Of a DNA stretch of 53,627 bases, positions 44,576-52,460 are shown piece after piece; within the stretch, counting starts at the first letter, position 1, and the number at the start of each line of letters is the position of its first letter. Source of the stretch: a virus (lineage: Duplodnaviria; Caudoviricetes); the IMG/VR virus record IMGVR_UViG_3300012984_000020, positions 1-53,627 of that record, one strand, 5' to 3'. The notes beneath the pieces were generated by a model. That model saw only the letters and a list, made by a program, of their open reading frames with translations. It ran no database searches and was not told where the DNA came from. Position numbers and translations under genes: made by a program.

Positions 44576-44592
44576 TGTAAAGAAATCCGACA
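44576..44592. promoter_or_regulatory. Enhancer-binding-protein site TGT-N11-ACA (PEP-CTERM-box-like)
   Basis: TGT-AAAGAAATCCG-ACA, about 40 bp upstream of the -24 element. Confidence 0.6.
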
Positions 44593-45030
44593 TCAAAACG
44601 GCAGCGGGTCCAGCATCAGCGTGTCGCACCCGTCGCCGCAGTCGATGGCGAAGTGGCACGCAATCTCGACGGCAGTGACCGCGCTCTTGCCCAGGTACAT
44701 CGCTGCCTCGGCGAAGTCGCGCCCGCTGCCCCACGCGGCGCATTTGTTCTCGTAGATCATCGGGTAGGGCGCTGCGTCGTAGACGTGGATGCCCTTCTCG
44801 TTGATGACGATCAGCGTGGCCTTGTCCTCGCGCGCCTTGGCCGGGAACTTCTCCGGGTCAGCGCCGGCCTTATGCCACTCACGTATCTCGATGCCCACAT
44901 CCCACACGCCAGTGATGCCGTACAGCTGGTTGTTGTGCTTCTCGATCTTCGTGCAGGTGTGGCGCAAGCCGGCGCTGGTGACGCGCTTGTCGGCCGCCAG
45001 CACGCTGCCGTCCCAACAGATTACAGACAT
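44593..45030 (-). CDS. HslV/proteasome-beta-like Ntn hydrolase
   Basis: '(M)SVICWDGSVLAADKRVT...KI...G..G...AAWGSGRDFA.AAM.LG.SA..AV..A'. Confidence 0.7.
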   Translation of the reverse strand: MSVICWDGSVLAADKRVTSAGLRHTCTKIEKHNNQLYGITGVWDVGIEIREWHKAGADPEKFPAKAREDKATLIVINEKGIHVYDAAPYPMIYENKCAAWGSGRDFAEAAMYLGKSAVTAVEIACHFAIDCGDGCDTLMLDPLPF

Positions 45031-45032
45031 GA

Positions 45033-45218
45033 TTACTCCCCCACCATGAGCGAGTGCGCAACGATCTCGCACTTGGTGACGAAGTACTCGGCGCCGTCGT
45101 CGCTGTCCATCCACTCCTTGAGCACTTCGCCCATGTGGTCGGACGTGCTGGTGATCTCGGTGGTGGACTCGATCCCGTCGCCGGGGTCAACCATGTAGGT
45201 GATCTTGAAAGTCGTCAT
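45033..45218 (-). CDS. Small acidic hypothetical protein
   Basis: ATGA coupling; 61 aa, Asp/Glu-rich. Confidence 0.5.
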   Translation of the reverse strand: MTTFKITYMVDPGDGIESTTEITSTSDHMGEVLKEWMDSDDGAEYFVTKCEIVAHSLMVGE

Positions 45219-45526
45219 GTCGTTGGCTCCTCTTCAAACCGCGCCGTGCGGATCATCTCCTCCAGCAGCAGACCGAACTGGGTGACGAACTTCTCGTCGT
45301 AGGCCAGCTTGTGCCCCATCGTCATGAGCACGGCGTGGGTGGACTCATGCCAGAACGTCTTCTGTTGTTCGAGCGCGCTGCGTGCCCGGTCGCGCGCCTT
45401 GTCGAAGATGACGATCTGCTTGGGCACCGCGGTGCCGGCGTAGTGGCGCGGGTGCAGCGCCGCGCGCTTGACCGTCCACTTGCGCCGGCGCAAGCGGAAG
45501 GAGGTTGGGATCGGGTGTGTGCTCAT
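45215..45526 (-). CDS. Minimal zincin-like (HExxH) protein
   Basis: 'TFWHESTHAVL......DEKFV'; AAGGAG SD. Confidence 0.65.
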   Translation of the reverse strand: MSTHPIPTSFRLRRRKWTVKRAALHPRHYAGTAVPKQIVIFDKARDRARSALEQQKTFWHESTHAVLMTMGHKLAYDEKFVTQFGLLLEEMIRTARFEEEPTT

Positions 45527-45543
45527 TGCTTCTCCTTGGGGTG

Positions 45544-47550
45544 CTATTGCTTGGCCTCGCCGTAGCGGGCGTGCGCGCCACCATCAGCAGCCAGCGGGAT
45601 GCCGGGCATGTAGGTGGGCTCCTTTGTCATCTGCCGCAGCACCCACGGCAGGGCCTTGTCCTTGTCCTGCACGCGGGCCAGTGCGTTCAGTTCGTCGTGC
45701 ACCGTCATCACGATCGGCAGGCGCTCGCTCACGCGGATCATGCCGTCGGCCATCACCAGCCGCGCCAGTCCTTGCGTGACGTTGTTGCAGATCACGCCGG
45801 GGTGAATCTTGACGCGCGCCTTGCCCTTCATGTAGGTGTACTCGACGCGGCCGCGCTCGTCGAACGCCTTCTCCAGCCCGGGGTACAGAATCTGCATCCC
45901 GTTGGGCAGCGTGATGGCGCCCTTGCTGAAGGTCAGGCACTTGTAGGTCTCCACCTCGCCGCGGTGCAGGCAGTTCTCCAGCATGCCGCCCAGCACCTTC
46001 CAGAACTTCGTCACCGGCTCAGCGGCCGCGCGGTAGCGCTCGATGATCTCCTTCGCCACGATGCAGTGGATCAGCAGTTCATCCATCGTGCAGCTGTGCG
46101 CGATGGTGTGCACCTGCTTCATGTGCCAGTCGTTGTTCAGGAACCGCTGCGCAGTCGCTGCGCTGATGCCCATGAGCTTGGCGTCGGCCTTGGTGTACAT
46201 CCGCGGCGGGGCGCCGAGGAAGCCTGTCAGAAGCTGCTGGGCGAACGAGCGCCACCCCAGCATGTACCCAGCCCCCAGCAGGGCCGACTTTGCGCTCTGA
46301 CGTAGCAGCGGGTGCGTCTCCTTGGTCATGCCCGGCACGCCGAACATGATGGCACCGAACTCGGCGTAGGCATCCCGGCCCGAGCGGAAGATGTCCAGCA
46401 GGTCCATGTAGTCGGCCAGCCATGCCAGCACGCGCGGCTCGATCTGCGACAAGTCACCCACCACGCAGACGTAGCCCTCGGGGGCCATGATCGCCTTGCG
46501 CAGCCGGCTGCCGCGCTTCATGTTCTGCATGTTGATGTTGCTGCCCTTCGCCGCCTGCCACCGGCCAGGGCCTGCGCCCCAGTAGTTCAGCGGGATGGGC
46601 AGCGCGCCACGCTGCGCGATCTCCAGCAGCCGGTGCGCCCGCGTGCGGCCCTGTGTGGACTTCACGTTGAGGCGCGCGTTGCACAGCAGGGCCACGTCCT
46701 CGTTGTCGCCGTTGAGCAGCTGCTGGAACATCGCGTCGGTCTTGGCGAACGCGAAGATCATCTTGCCCTCGGCCTTGCCCTTGGCCGAGGGCGATGGCTT
46801 CATCGGCGGGTCGATGTCGAACTGGCGCAGGATGGTGGCAAAGATGTCGTTGCTGGCAAGCTCGGACTCGGTGCGGTTGCAGCGAGCCAGCGCCAGCGCC
46901 AGCGCCCCCTCCTCGTCCGCGATCGCCTCGCCGAGCAGCTTGCTGTCCAGCACCAGCTGGGGCTTGGTGTACATCTTGATCGTCATGTCGATCAGCTTCA
47001 GTTCCGACGGCGGGAACTTCGGCAGCATGCGCTTGAACAACTCGATCGCCAGCCATGTGTCGTGCCGGCAGTAGCGCGCCAGCGCCTCCTCGATGGCGAA
47101 CGGGAGGTCTTCGTCGAGGATGTTCTCCGTTGACTCCAGGCCGTCCATCTTCGGCGGCAGACCGTAGCGCTCGGCCAGGGTCTTCAGGCTGTTGCCGGCC
47201 TCGACCCCGTGCAGTGCCCGGCCCATGCTCAGCGTGTCGAACACGAACGCGGGGTGCACGTCGTGGCGCCAGCACAGTGCGGCCACATCGAACGCCGCGT
47301 TCTGCGCGATCAGCGCTGTCCTGCTCCAGTCGATACTGTCGAAGAACGCCTGCAGGCCATTGCGCCTCACCCACACCTCATGATGCTCGCCGGTCACGGG
47401 ATCGAGCACCGACCACGACAGGCCCCACAACTTGAAGCGCGGGTCGCGCAGGTACTCCTCCATCGTCTGACAGGAGAAGCCCAGGCCGATGGCCCGGCCC
47501 CAGGTTGACTCGATGTCGAGTCCGATGATTCGATCAAATGGCTTCGGCAT
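45544..47550 (-). CDS. polA: DNA polymerase family A (3'-5' exonuclease plus polymerase)
   Basis: Exo motifs 'LDIES', 'QNAAFD', 'YCRHD'; motif A 'DLSQIEPR', motif B 'RQSAKSALLGAGY', motif C 'VHDEL'. Confidence 0.93.
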   Translation of the reverse strand: MPKPFDRIIGLDIESTWGRAIGLGFSCQTMEEYLRDPRFKLWGLSWSVLDPVTGEHHEVWVRRNGLQAFFDSIDWSRTALIAQNAAFDVAALCWRHDVHPAFVFDTLSMGRALHGVEAGNSLKTLAERYGLPPKMDGLESTENILDEDLPFAIEEALARYCRHDTWLAIELFKRMLPKFPPSELKLIDMTIKMYTKPQLVLDSKLLGEAIADEEGALALALARCNRTESELASNDIFATILRQFDIDPPMKPSPSAKGKAEGKMIFAFAKTDAMFQQLLNGDNEDVALLCNARLNVKSTQGRTRAHRLLEIAQRGALPIPLNYWGAGPGRWQAAKGSNINMQNMKRGSRLRKAIMAPEGYVCVVGDLSQIEPRVLAWLADYMDLLDIFRSGRDAYAEFGAIMFGVPGMTKETHPLLRQSAKSALLGAGYMLGWRSFAQQLLTGFLGAPPRMYTKADAKLMGISAATAQRFLNNDWHMKQVHTIAHSCTMDELLIHCIVAKEIIERYRAAAEPVTKFWKVLGGMLENCLHRGEVETYKCLTFSKGAITLPNGMQILYPGLEKAFDERGRVEYTYMKGKARVKIHPGVICNNVTQGLARLVMADGMIRVSERLPIVMTVHDELNALARVQDKDKALPWVLRQMTKEPTYMPGIPLAADGGAHARYGEAKQ

Positions 47551-47962
47551 TTGCTTGCTCCCTGATGTCCTCAATGAGTCGGCCGAGGTGGTTGGTGCCA
47601 TTGCCCTTGCACACGCCCCAGAACGTATCGCCCCAGGTGTTGCCCTCGATGATGCGTGCATCGCCGGTGTCGAGCAGCTTCTGGCGCATCTCAGGGATGG
47701 CGAACTTCTGCAGGAGAAGTCGGCGCATGACCTCCAGCTTGATCGTGTCCCAGTCGTCGCGCTTCGTGACGAACCCGCCCAGGCGCTTTGCCGCACCGGG
47801 CGAAGCGGTGTCGCGGATGCCTTTGCGCTCGCCCGGGTCTAGCGTCTTCGCCGCTTGGTAGGCGTGCTCGACGGTGGGGTATGTCTCGCCGTCCATCAGC
47901 ACAGGCGCGGGCCAGAAGTTCGACAGCCAGCGGTGTGGCCCCAGGAATTCCTTGATGTCCAT
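47534..47962 (-). CDS. NADAR (YbiA-like) family protein
   Basis: 'WLSNFWPAP...YPTVEHAYQAAK...AKRLG...DWD...M...KF...LLDTG...IIEGNTWGDTFWGV...G.NHLG.L'. Confidence 0.9.
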   Translation of the reverse strand: MDIKEFLGPHRWLSNFWPAPVLMDGETYPTVEHAYQAAKTLDPGERKGIRDTASPGAAKRLGGFVTKRDDWDTIKLEVMRRLLLQKFAIPEMRQKLLDTGDARIIEGNTWGDTFWGVCKGNGTNHLGRLIEDIREQANAEAI

Positions 47963-47963
47963 C

Positions 47964-48254
47964 TCAATGTGTCCTCGTTGGGTCTGTGTTGGAAGCTGCG
48001 GCAGCATAGGCAGCGCGCGCAGCCATGAAATTACACATCATCTCCTCGACCGTCTCCACGCCGCAGTTGATGGCGTGCATCAGCACGGGCTCGATCTCGG
48101 CGTCGTCGGCGCTCGGCAGCGTGTGGATGAAAAAACCCTGCAGCCTCTCGTTGGCGATGACGTGCACCAAGTGCATGAAGATGTGCTGCAGCACCTCGCG
48201 CTTCTCTTCGGGCAGCCCCTGGATCACGCGGGTCATGTGGTCTTCGGCGTTCAT
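47964..48254 (-). CDS. Hypothetical protein
   Basis: ATGA coupling; 96 aa. Confidence 0.55.
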   Translation of the reverse strand: MNAEDHMTRVIQGLPEEKREVLQHIFMHLVHVIANERLQGFFIHTLPSADDAEIEPVLMHAINCGVETVEEMMCNFMAARAAYAAAASNTDPTRTH

Positions 48255-48544
48255 GCTTTGGCTCCCTTCGGGCGCGTCATGGCCTCGATCTTCAGCAGCG
48301 CTTGGTGCGCGTCGTTCACCGCCGAGCGTGCCGCGTCGAGCTTGGCGATGCCACGCGTGCGCAGGTGGTTGTAGGCCATGTCCCAGGTGTCGTGATATTG
48401 GTCGGTGTCCGACATCTTCACGACCTTGCGTTCGTGGCGCTGCTTGTTCCAGTCGAACACGATGACGCACGTCTTCGCCGTCTCGCTGACGAACTCGACG
48501 GTTTCGATGCGGTCGCTGTAGGCGCTGGTCTTGTACTTGTTCAT
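48251..48544 (-). CDS. Hypothetical protein
   Basis: ATGA coupling at both ends; 'SETAKT...YHDTW..A'. Confidence 0.6.
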   Translation of the reverse strand: MNKYKTSAYSDRIETVEFVSETAKTCVIVFDWNKQRHERKVVKMSDTDQYHDTWDMAYNHLRTRGIAKLDAARSAVNDAHQALLKIEAMTRPKGAKA

Positions 48545-48948
48545 TTCTTCTTCCCCTTGATGACCTTCACGTCGCTGTCGTCCGCCTGTGGCGGCGGTGC
48601 CGGCCAGTAGCTGAGTCCCGTGTTGATCGGTTGTTGCTTCAGGCGCCGGCGCAACACCTCGATTGCTGTGGCTATACGTTCCACGTTGCCATCGTGGATC
48701 AACAGCGCCACGCCGCCCGCCGCGATGAATTCCTCCGCATGCTCGGTCTGCAGGCGCGTCGGCTTCTCCTTGTCGTCGCGCTTCGCTTCGATGCCCAGGT
48801 AGGCGCCATCCACGCAGCAGACGAAGTCGAAGTTGCCCGACTTGCCATAGCCGTGCGTGGCCGGCATGTCGAAGGGCACGTTGCGCAAGCGCAGCACCTT
48901 CTTGATCCGATCCTTGACGGACTCCTCTTTGGTTCGTTCAGTTGACAT
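48541..48948 (-). CDS. VRR-NUC-like nuclease (resolvase candidate)
   Basis: 'E..VK..IK..L', 'GYGKSGNFDFVCC..G.YLGIEAK....PT.LQ......AGG.AL'. Confidence 0.8.
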   Translation of the reverse strand: MSTERTKEESVKDRIKKVLRLRNVPFDMPATHGYGKSGNFDFVCCVDGAYLGIEAKRDDKEKPTRLQTEHAEEFIAAGGVALLIHDGNVERIATAIEVLRRRLKQQPINTGLSYWPAPPPQADDSDVKVIKGKKK

Positions 48949-49165
48949 TGAGCAAGTCCTTCGCGCGCAGTGTGCGCATGATGCCGTGAAACGCGTTGTC
49001 CATCGAGCGGATGTCTGATGGCGTGATGCTGGTGAAGTAGCGGATCGTGCGGCCCTCAAGCTCGCAGTCGATCGCCATTGAACTGCTACGTCTGACGACG
49101 CAGACGATCTTCACGCCTTCGTCCTCCAGGCGTTTGAAGAGTGCCTTGTGCCACTTGGATGTCAT
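48938..49165 (-). CDS. Hypothetical protein
   Basis: AAGGAG SD; 'SITPSDIRS..N' motif. Confidence 0.6.
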   Translation of the reverse strand: MTSKWHKALFKRLEDEGVKIVCVVRRSSSMAIDCELEGRTIRYFTSITPSDIRSMDNAFHGIMRTLRAKDLLNVN

Positions 49166-49434
49166 GAGGTCTCCTTCACGAGTTCAAAGACGTGCATCAC
49201 GAGCATGCCGCCCTTGAGGTGGGCCGTGCCGTGGTACTTCATCGGGGCGCTGGGGATCGGGTGTCCGGTGCCGAACAGGATGAAGCGGCGTGTCTCCATC
49301 TGCCGCTCGTCGGGGTCAACGAGCGCCCACAGGCACACGTTCTCGACTTGCTCGCGCACCTGCAGCACCTCGGCGCCGACGGGCATGGTGATGACGCCGT
49401 TGTCGGGCACGGGGTATTTGTAGATGACTTTCAT
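49162..49434 (-). CDS. Small phage protein of unknown function
   Basis: 'IYKYP.....ITMPVGAEVL.V..Q....LWALVD......RRF...GTGH....YHGT.....LVMHVFE'. Confidence 0.7.
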   Translation of the reverse strand: MKVIYKYPVPDNGVITMPVGAEVLQVREQVENVCLWALVDPDERQMETRRFILFGTGHPIPSAPMKYHGTAHLKGGMLVMHVFELVKETS

Positions 49435-49442
49435 GGGGTTCC

Positions 49443-50393
49443 TCACAGGTCGAATTGGTTGCGCAGTTCATTGACTGCCTTGCGCACGTCCTCGCGCTTG
49501 GCGTAGTCATCGCGCAGGGTCTGCGCCGTCGTGCCGCCCAGCGCCTTCTCCAGCGCGGCCGCGGCCTTGTCGATGGTGTGGCCCTGCAGCGCCGGCAGCG
49601 ACTTCACCAGCGAGCACAGGTCGTAGGCGTTGGTGACGAGCGTGTCATGGAAGCGCTTCTGCTTGAAGTCGCCGGTCTTCAGGTCGGTCTCCGACACCAG
49701 TCTGTCCGCCATGCGCTCCAGATGGTCGCTGACGCGCTTGGTGATGTCCGCCAGCATGGCGGCCTCGCGGCTGGAGTTGGTGCGCGTCAGGCTGGCCTGC
49801 AGTTCGGCCAGCGCGTCGTTGCCCACGTCCACGCGGAAGTCGCCGGTGCTGGGCACGGGCTCGATGTCGAGCGACACATTGAACTTGCTGGCGATCTCGC
49901 TGGCCGACGGGAAGTCGTCGCGCTTGAACATCGCGCCCAGCGCCATCGCCTGCGCTGTGATGAGGCCCGGGTAGATGGCGATGAACGCCTCGACCTGGGC
50001 ATTGAACTCGGCCATCAGCATGCGGATGTTCTTGTCGAACTCCATCAGCTTGAGCGTGGGCAGCAGGCGCTGGCCGGCATCCGTCCAGGGGAACGTGTTG
50101 TCGTAGACGTAGTTGCGCATGCGCGTGGCGATCTTCGCTATGTCTTCCAGTTCCGGCCGACCGGCCAGCAGGTTCTTGTTCACGCGCGCGGCGCCCTTGG
50201 ACTTGGCGCCCTTCGACGCCTCGACCTCGTCGGACACGCCTCTGTCCAGCTTGCGGGCGGTCCACTGGGACACGCCGAGGGTGACGAGGACGGAGCAGGC
50301 GTTCAGGTTCAGAGTGTGGTTCATGGTGTTTCCTTTGGGGGTGGTGGGGGTTGCGGTTGCGAGGACTTCAGAGAGACGTTGTTCGAGGGACAT
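49443..50393 (-). CDS. Helical phage protein (DUF3150-like); alternative in-frame start at 50324
   Basis: 'SQWTARKLD', 'RVNKNLL', 'TFPWTDAGQRLLP', 'LGAMFKRDDFP', 'GDFRVD'. Confidence 0.75.
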   Translation of the reverse strand: MSLEQRLSEVLATATPTTPKGNTMNHTLNLNACSVLVTLGVSQWTARKLDRGVSDEVEASKGAKSKGAARVNKNLLAGRPELEDIAKIATRMRNYVYDNTFPWTDAGQRLLPTLKLMEFDKNIRMLMAEFNAQVEAFIAIYPGLITAQAMALGAMFKRDDFPSASEIASKFNVSLDIEPVPSTGDFRVDVGNDALAELQASLTRTNSSREAAMLADITKRVSDHLERMADRLVSETDLKTGDFKQKRFHDTLVTNAYDLCSLVKSLPALQGHTIDKAAAALEKALGGTTAQTLRDDYAKREDVRKAVNELRNQFDL

Positions 50394-50405
50394 GGGGGTA
50401 CTCCT

Positions 50406-50422
50406 TTGTGTAAGATTATACA
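50406..50422 (-). promoter_or_regulatory. Promoter/operator, copy 2 of the 17-bp repeat TGTATAATCTTACACAA
   Basis: Identical to 37218-37234; the TAA of TATAAT is also the upstream stop codon. Confidence 0.6.
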
Positions 50423-51021
50423 ACAGGTTTCTTGAGGTCGCTGACCTCGTCGATGATGAGGACATCCGCCCGCTTGCCGGTCAGGGGCTTGCCGGGGATG
50501 GCCGACCCGCTGCCCTGGAAGCTGGACACGAGCGTGGCGCCAGCGGCATTCTGTCGCGTCTGCGTGGCGTTGGCGCCGGCCACGCGCCGCATGTTCAGCA
50601 TGTGCATGAACGCCTCGGCCGTGCGCCGCGCCTCGTCGATCACGACCGGGTCGGTCAGCACCGTGCCCTTCTCGACCGGCATGTGCGCGACGAACACCAG
50701 CCGGAACGACGCGGCCTGTCCGACCACTTGGTTGTAGCCCAGCTGCAGGATGTAGTGCGCGCCACCGAACAGGCTGCCGACGACGCGTGCCTCGTCCAGC
50801 GCTGGCCCTGTCCAGTTGCCCTCCAGCACCTTGGACGTGGCGACACGCACGGGGACAAGCGCCTCCAGTTTCGTGATGCTGTTCATCTGCAGCGCGCGCT
50901 GCTCGGGCGCTGGGGGTATCTGTTTCTCTCGATTGATTTTCATGATCTCTTGCTCAAATTTGCGGGTTAATGCCTTATCGACGCGTACAGCTGCGGCGAC
51001 GATGTCTTCGTCGTTAATCAC
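50416..51021 (-). CDS. Hypothetical protein
   Basis: GTG start after AAGGAG; GTGA overlap with the upstream stop. Confidence 0.55.
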   Translation of the reverse strand: MINDEDIVAAAVRVDKALTRKFEQEIMKINREKQIPPAPEQRALQMNSITKLEALVPVRVATSKVLEGNWTGPALDEARVVGSLFGGAHYILQLGYNQVVGQAASFRLVFVAHMPVEKGTVLTDPVVIDEARRTAEAFMHMLNMRRVAGANATQTRQNAAGATLVSSFQGSGSAIPGKPLTGKRADVLIIDEVSDLKKPVV

Positions 51022-52202
51022 AAGCTCTCCTTGGAGATGCGCAGCACCTTCCCCCGCGCCGGCTGGAACCGATACCCACCGACGACGCCCCACAGCAGCG
51101 GGCCGGACGGGCACTCGAACTTGTCCTCCACCATGCCGTCGGTCAGCATGATCGTGGCCTGCGGCTTCATCTGCTTCTCACGCATGTAGCGGGCCACGAC
51201 GGACACCGTGGTGCCCCCGCCACCCTTGGCCTGCAGCTTCTTGTCCATCTGCCCATAGTCGTTGGGCTTGAACACCTGCACGCCGGCCACCTTGGTGTCC
51301 CACCAAATCACTGTCACTGATAAGGGTTGGAGTTGCTCGCACACCCTGCCGATCTCGCCGAAGATGCGTGCGTAGTAGCGGCGCATGGACCCCGAGGTGT
51401 CACAGGCCACGACGAGATCACCGGCCGCCTCGCTGTAGTGCGACGGCAGCGCGATGTCTAGTGGTGCGAACAGCTTGTTGCGCGGGCACCAGCGCGAGAG
51501 TTCATCGCCCTCGATGTGCTCCTGCAGGAACTGCTGCATGGGGTCGCGCCAGTTCGTCTCGGTCGTCTCGAACCCGCCGAGCGATGCAGCGCCGGCGCCC
51601 TCCCCGCGCAGCCGGGCCGAGATGATCTCGCCCTGCACACGCGCGTCGTTGAGCATCGCCTCCTCGGCCTGCGCTGCCTCCGGGTCGCCTTCCCCTGCTT
51701 CGCGCTGCTCGTGCTTGTCCATCGGCTTCTTGGACTCGCCCGGCTGCTTGTTCTTGATGAGGTCGGCGAGGACTTCCAAACAACTCCAGTTCCTGTACCG
51801 CTCATCGATCAGCGGCGGGATGTCCGTCGGGCGCTGCACGAAGCCGCGGCCCTTGTCCATCTCCTCCACCATCAGGTTGACGACGTAGTCTGTCGCTTGG
51901 TTGGCCTCGTCGGGGTGCGCCTTGAACTCGGCGTTGTAGGCCGTGCAATGCTGGAGCAGCTTGTGGCACTGCTCGTGCGCCACGACGTAGCGCAGCTGCC
52001 CTCTGTTCAGGCCCTGCGTGATCCACGCCTCGTTGTAGGTGCAGTCCAGCCCGTTGGTCTTGGCCGTCGGCACGTCCATCCCAGCGATGTGCACGTTGCC
52101 CACCTGGGTGACAGCGCCGATGCGGCTGAACTCAGGGTCGCCCATCAGATCGAGGTGGACGACGGAGATGCGCTCGCGCGCGGTGAGTATGTCGTAGCTC
52201 AT
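51018..52202 (-). CDS. DUF2201-like metallopeptidase fused to a vWA domain
   Basis: 'PTAKTNG', 'VAHEQCHKLLQH', 'ANQATDYVVN'; MIDAS 'CDTSGSM', 'WWDT', 'GGGGT', 'LTDG'. Confidence 0.85.
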   Translation of the reverse strand: MSYDILTARERISVVHLDLMGDPEFSRIGAVTQVGNVHIAGMDVPTAKTNGLDCTYNEAWITQGLNRGQLRYVVAHEQCHKLLQHCTAYNAEFKAHPDEANQATDYVVNLMVEEMDKGRGFVQRPTDIPPLIDERYRNWSCLEVLADLIKNKQPGESKKPMDKHEQREAGEGDPEAAQAEEAMLNDARVQGEIISARLRGEGAGAASLGGFETTETNWRDPMQQFLQEHIEGDELSRWCPRNKLFAPLDIALPSHYSEAAGDLVVACDTSGSMRRYYARIFGEIGRVCEQLQPLSVTVIWWDTKVAGVQVFKPNDYGQMDKKLQAKGGGGTTVSVVARYMREKQMKPQATIMLTDGMVEDKFECPSGPLLWGVVGGYRFQPARGKVLRISKESL

Positions 52203-52450
52203 ACGTTTCTTCCCATGTATTCGAGGTTGAACCATTCGCCGTTATCGGTCAGCACCGAGTAGCCCGTGTTGTTGCCAAAGAGATAGCGCTTCTTCTCAGG
52301 CGCCCAGATGAACTTGCTGTGCAGCGGGCCTTCGCCCAGCCGCAGCAGCATGTTGTTCGCCTGCTTGCAAATCTCCTCGGCATGCGCGTCGTCGCGCGGC
52401 TTCTCCAGTTCGATCCAGACACGGTTTGGTGGGTGTTTCTTGCTTGTCAT
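52199..52450 (-). CDS. Hypothetical protein
   Basis: AAGGAG SD; ATGA coupling downstream. Confidence 0.6.
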   Translation of the reverse strand: MTSKKHPPNRVWIELEKPRDDAHAEEICKQANNMLLRLGEGPLHSKFIWAPEKKRYLFGNNTGYSVLTDNGEWFNLEYMGRNV

Positions 52451-52460
52451 GTCGTTCTCC

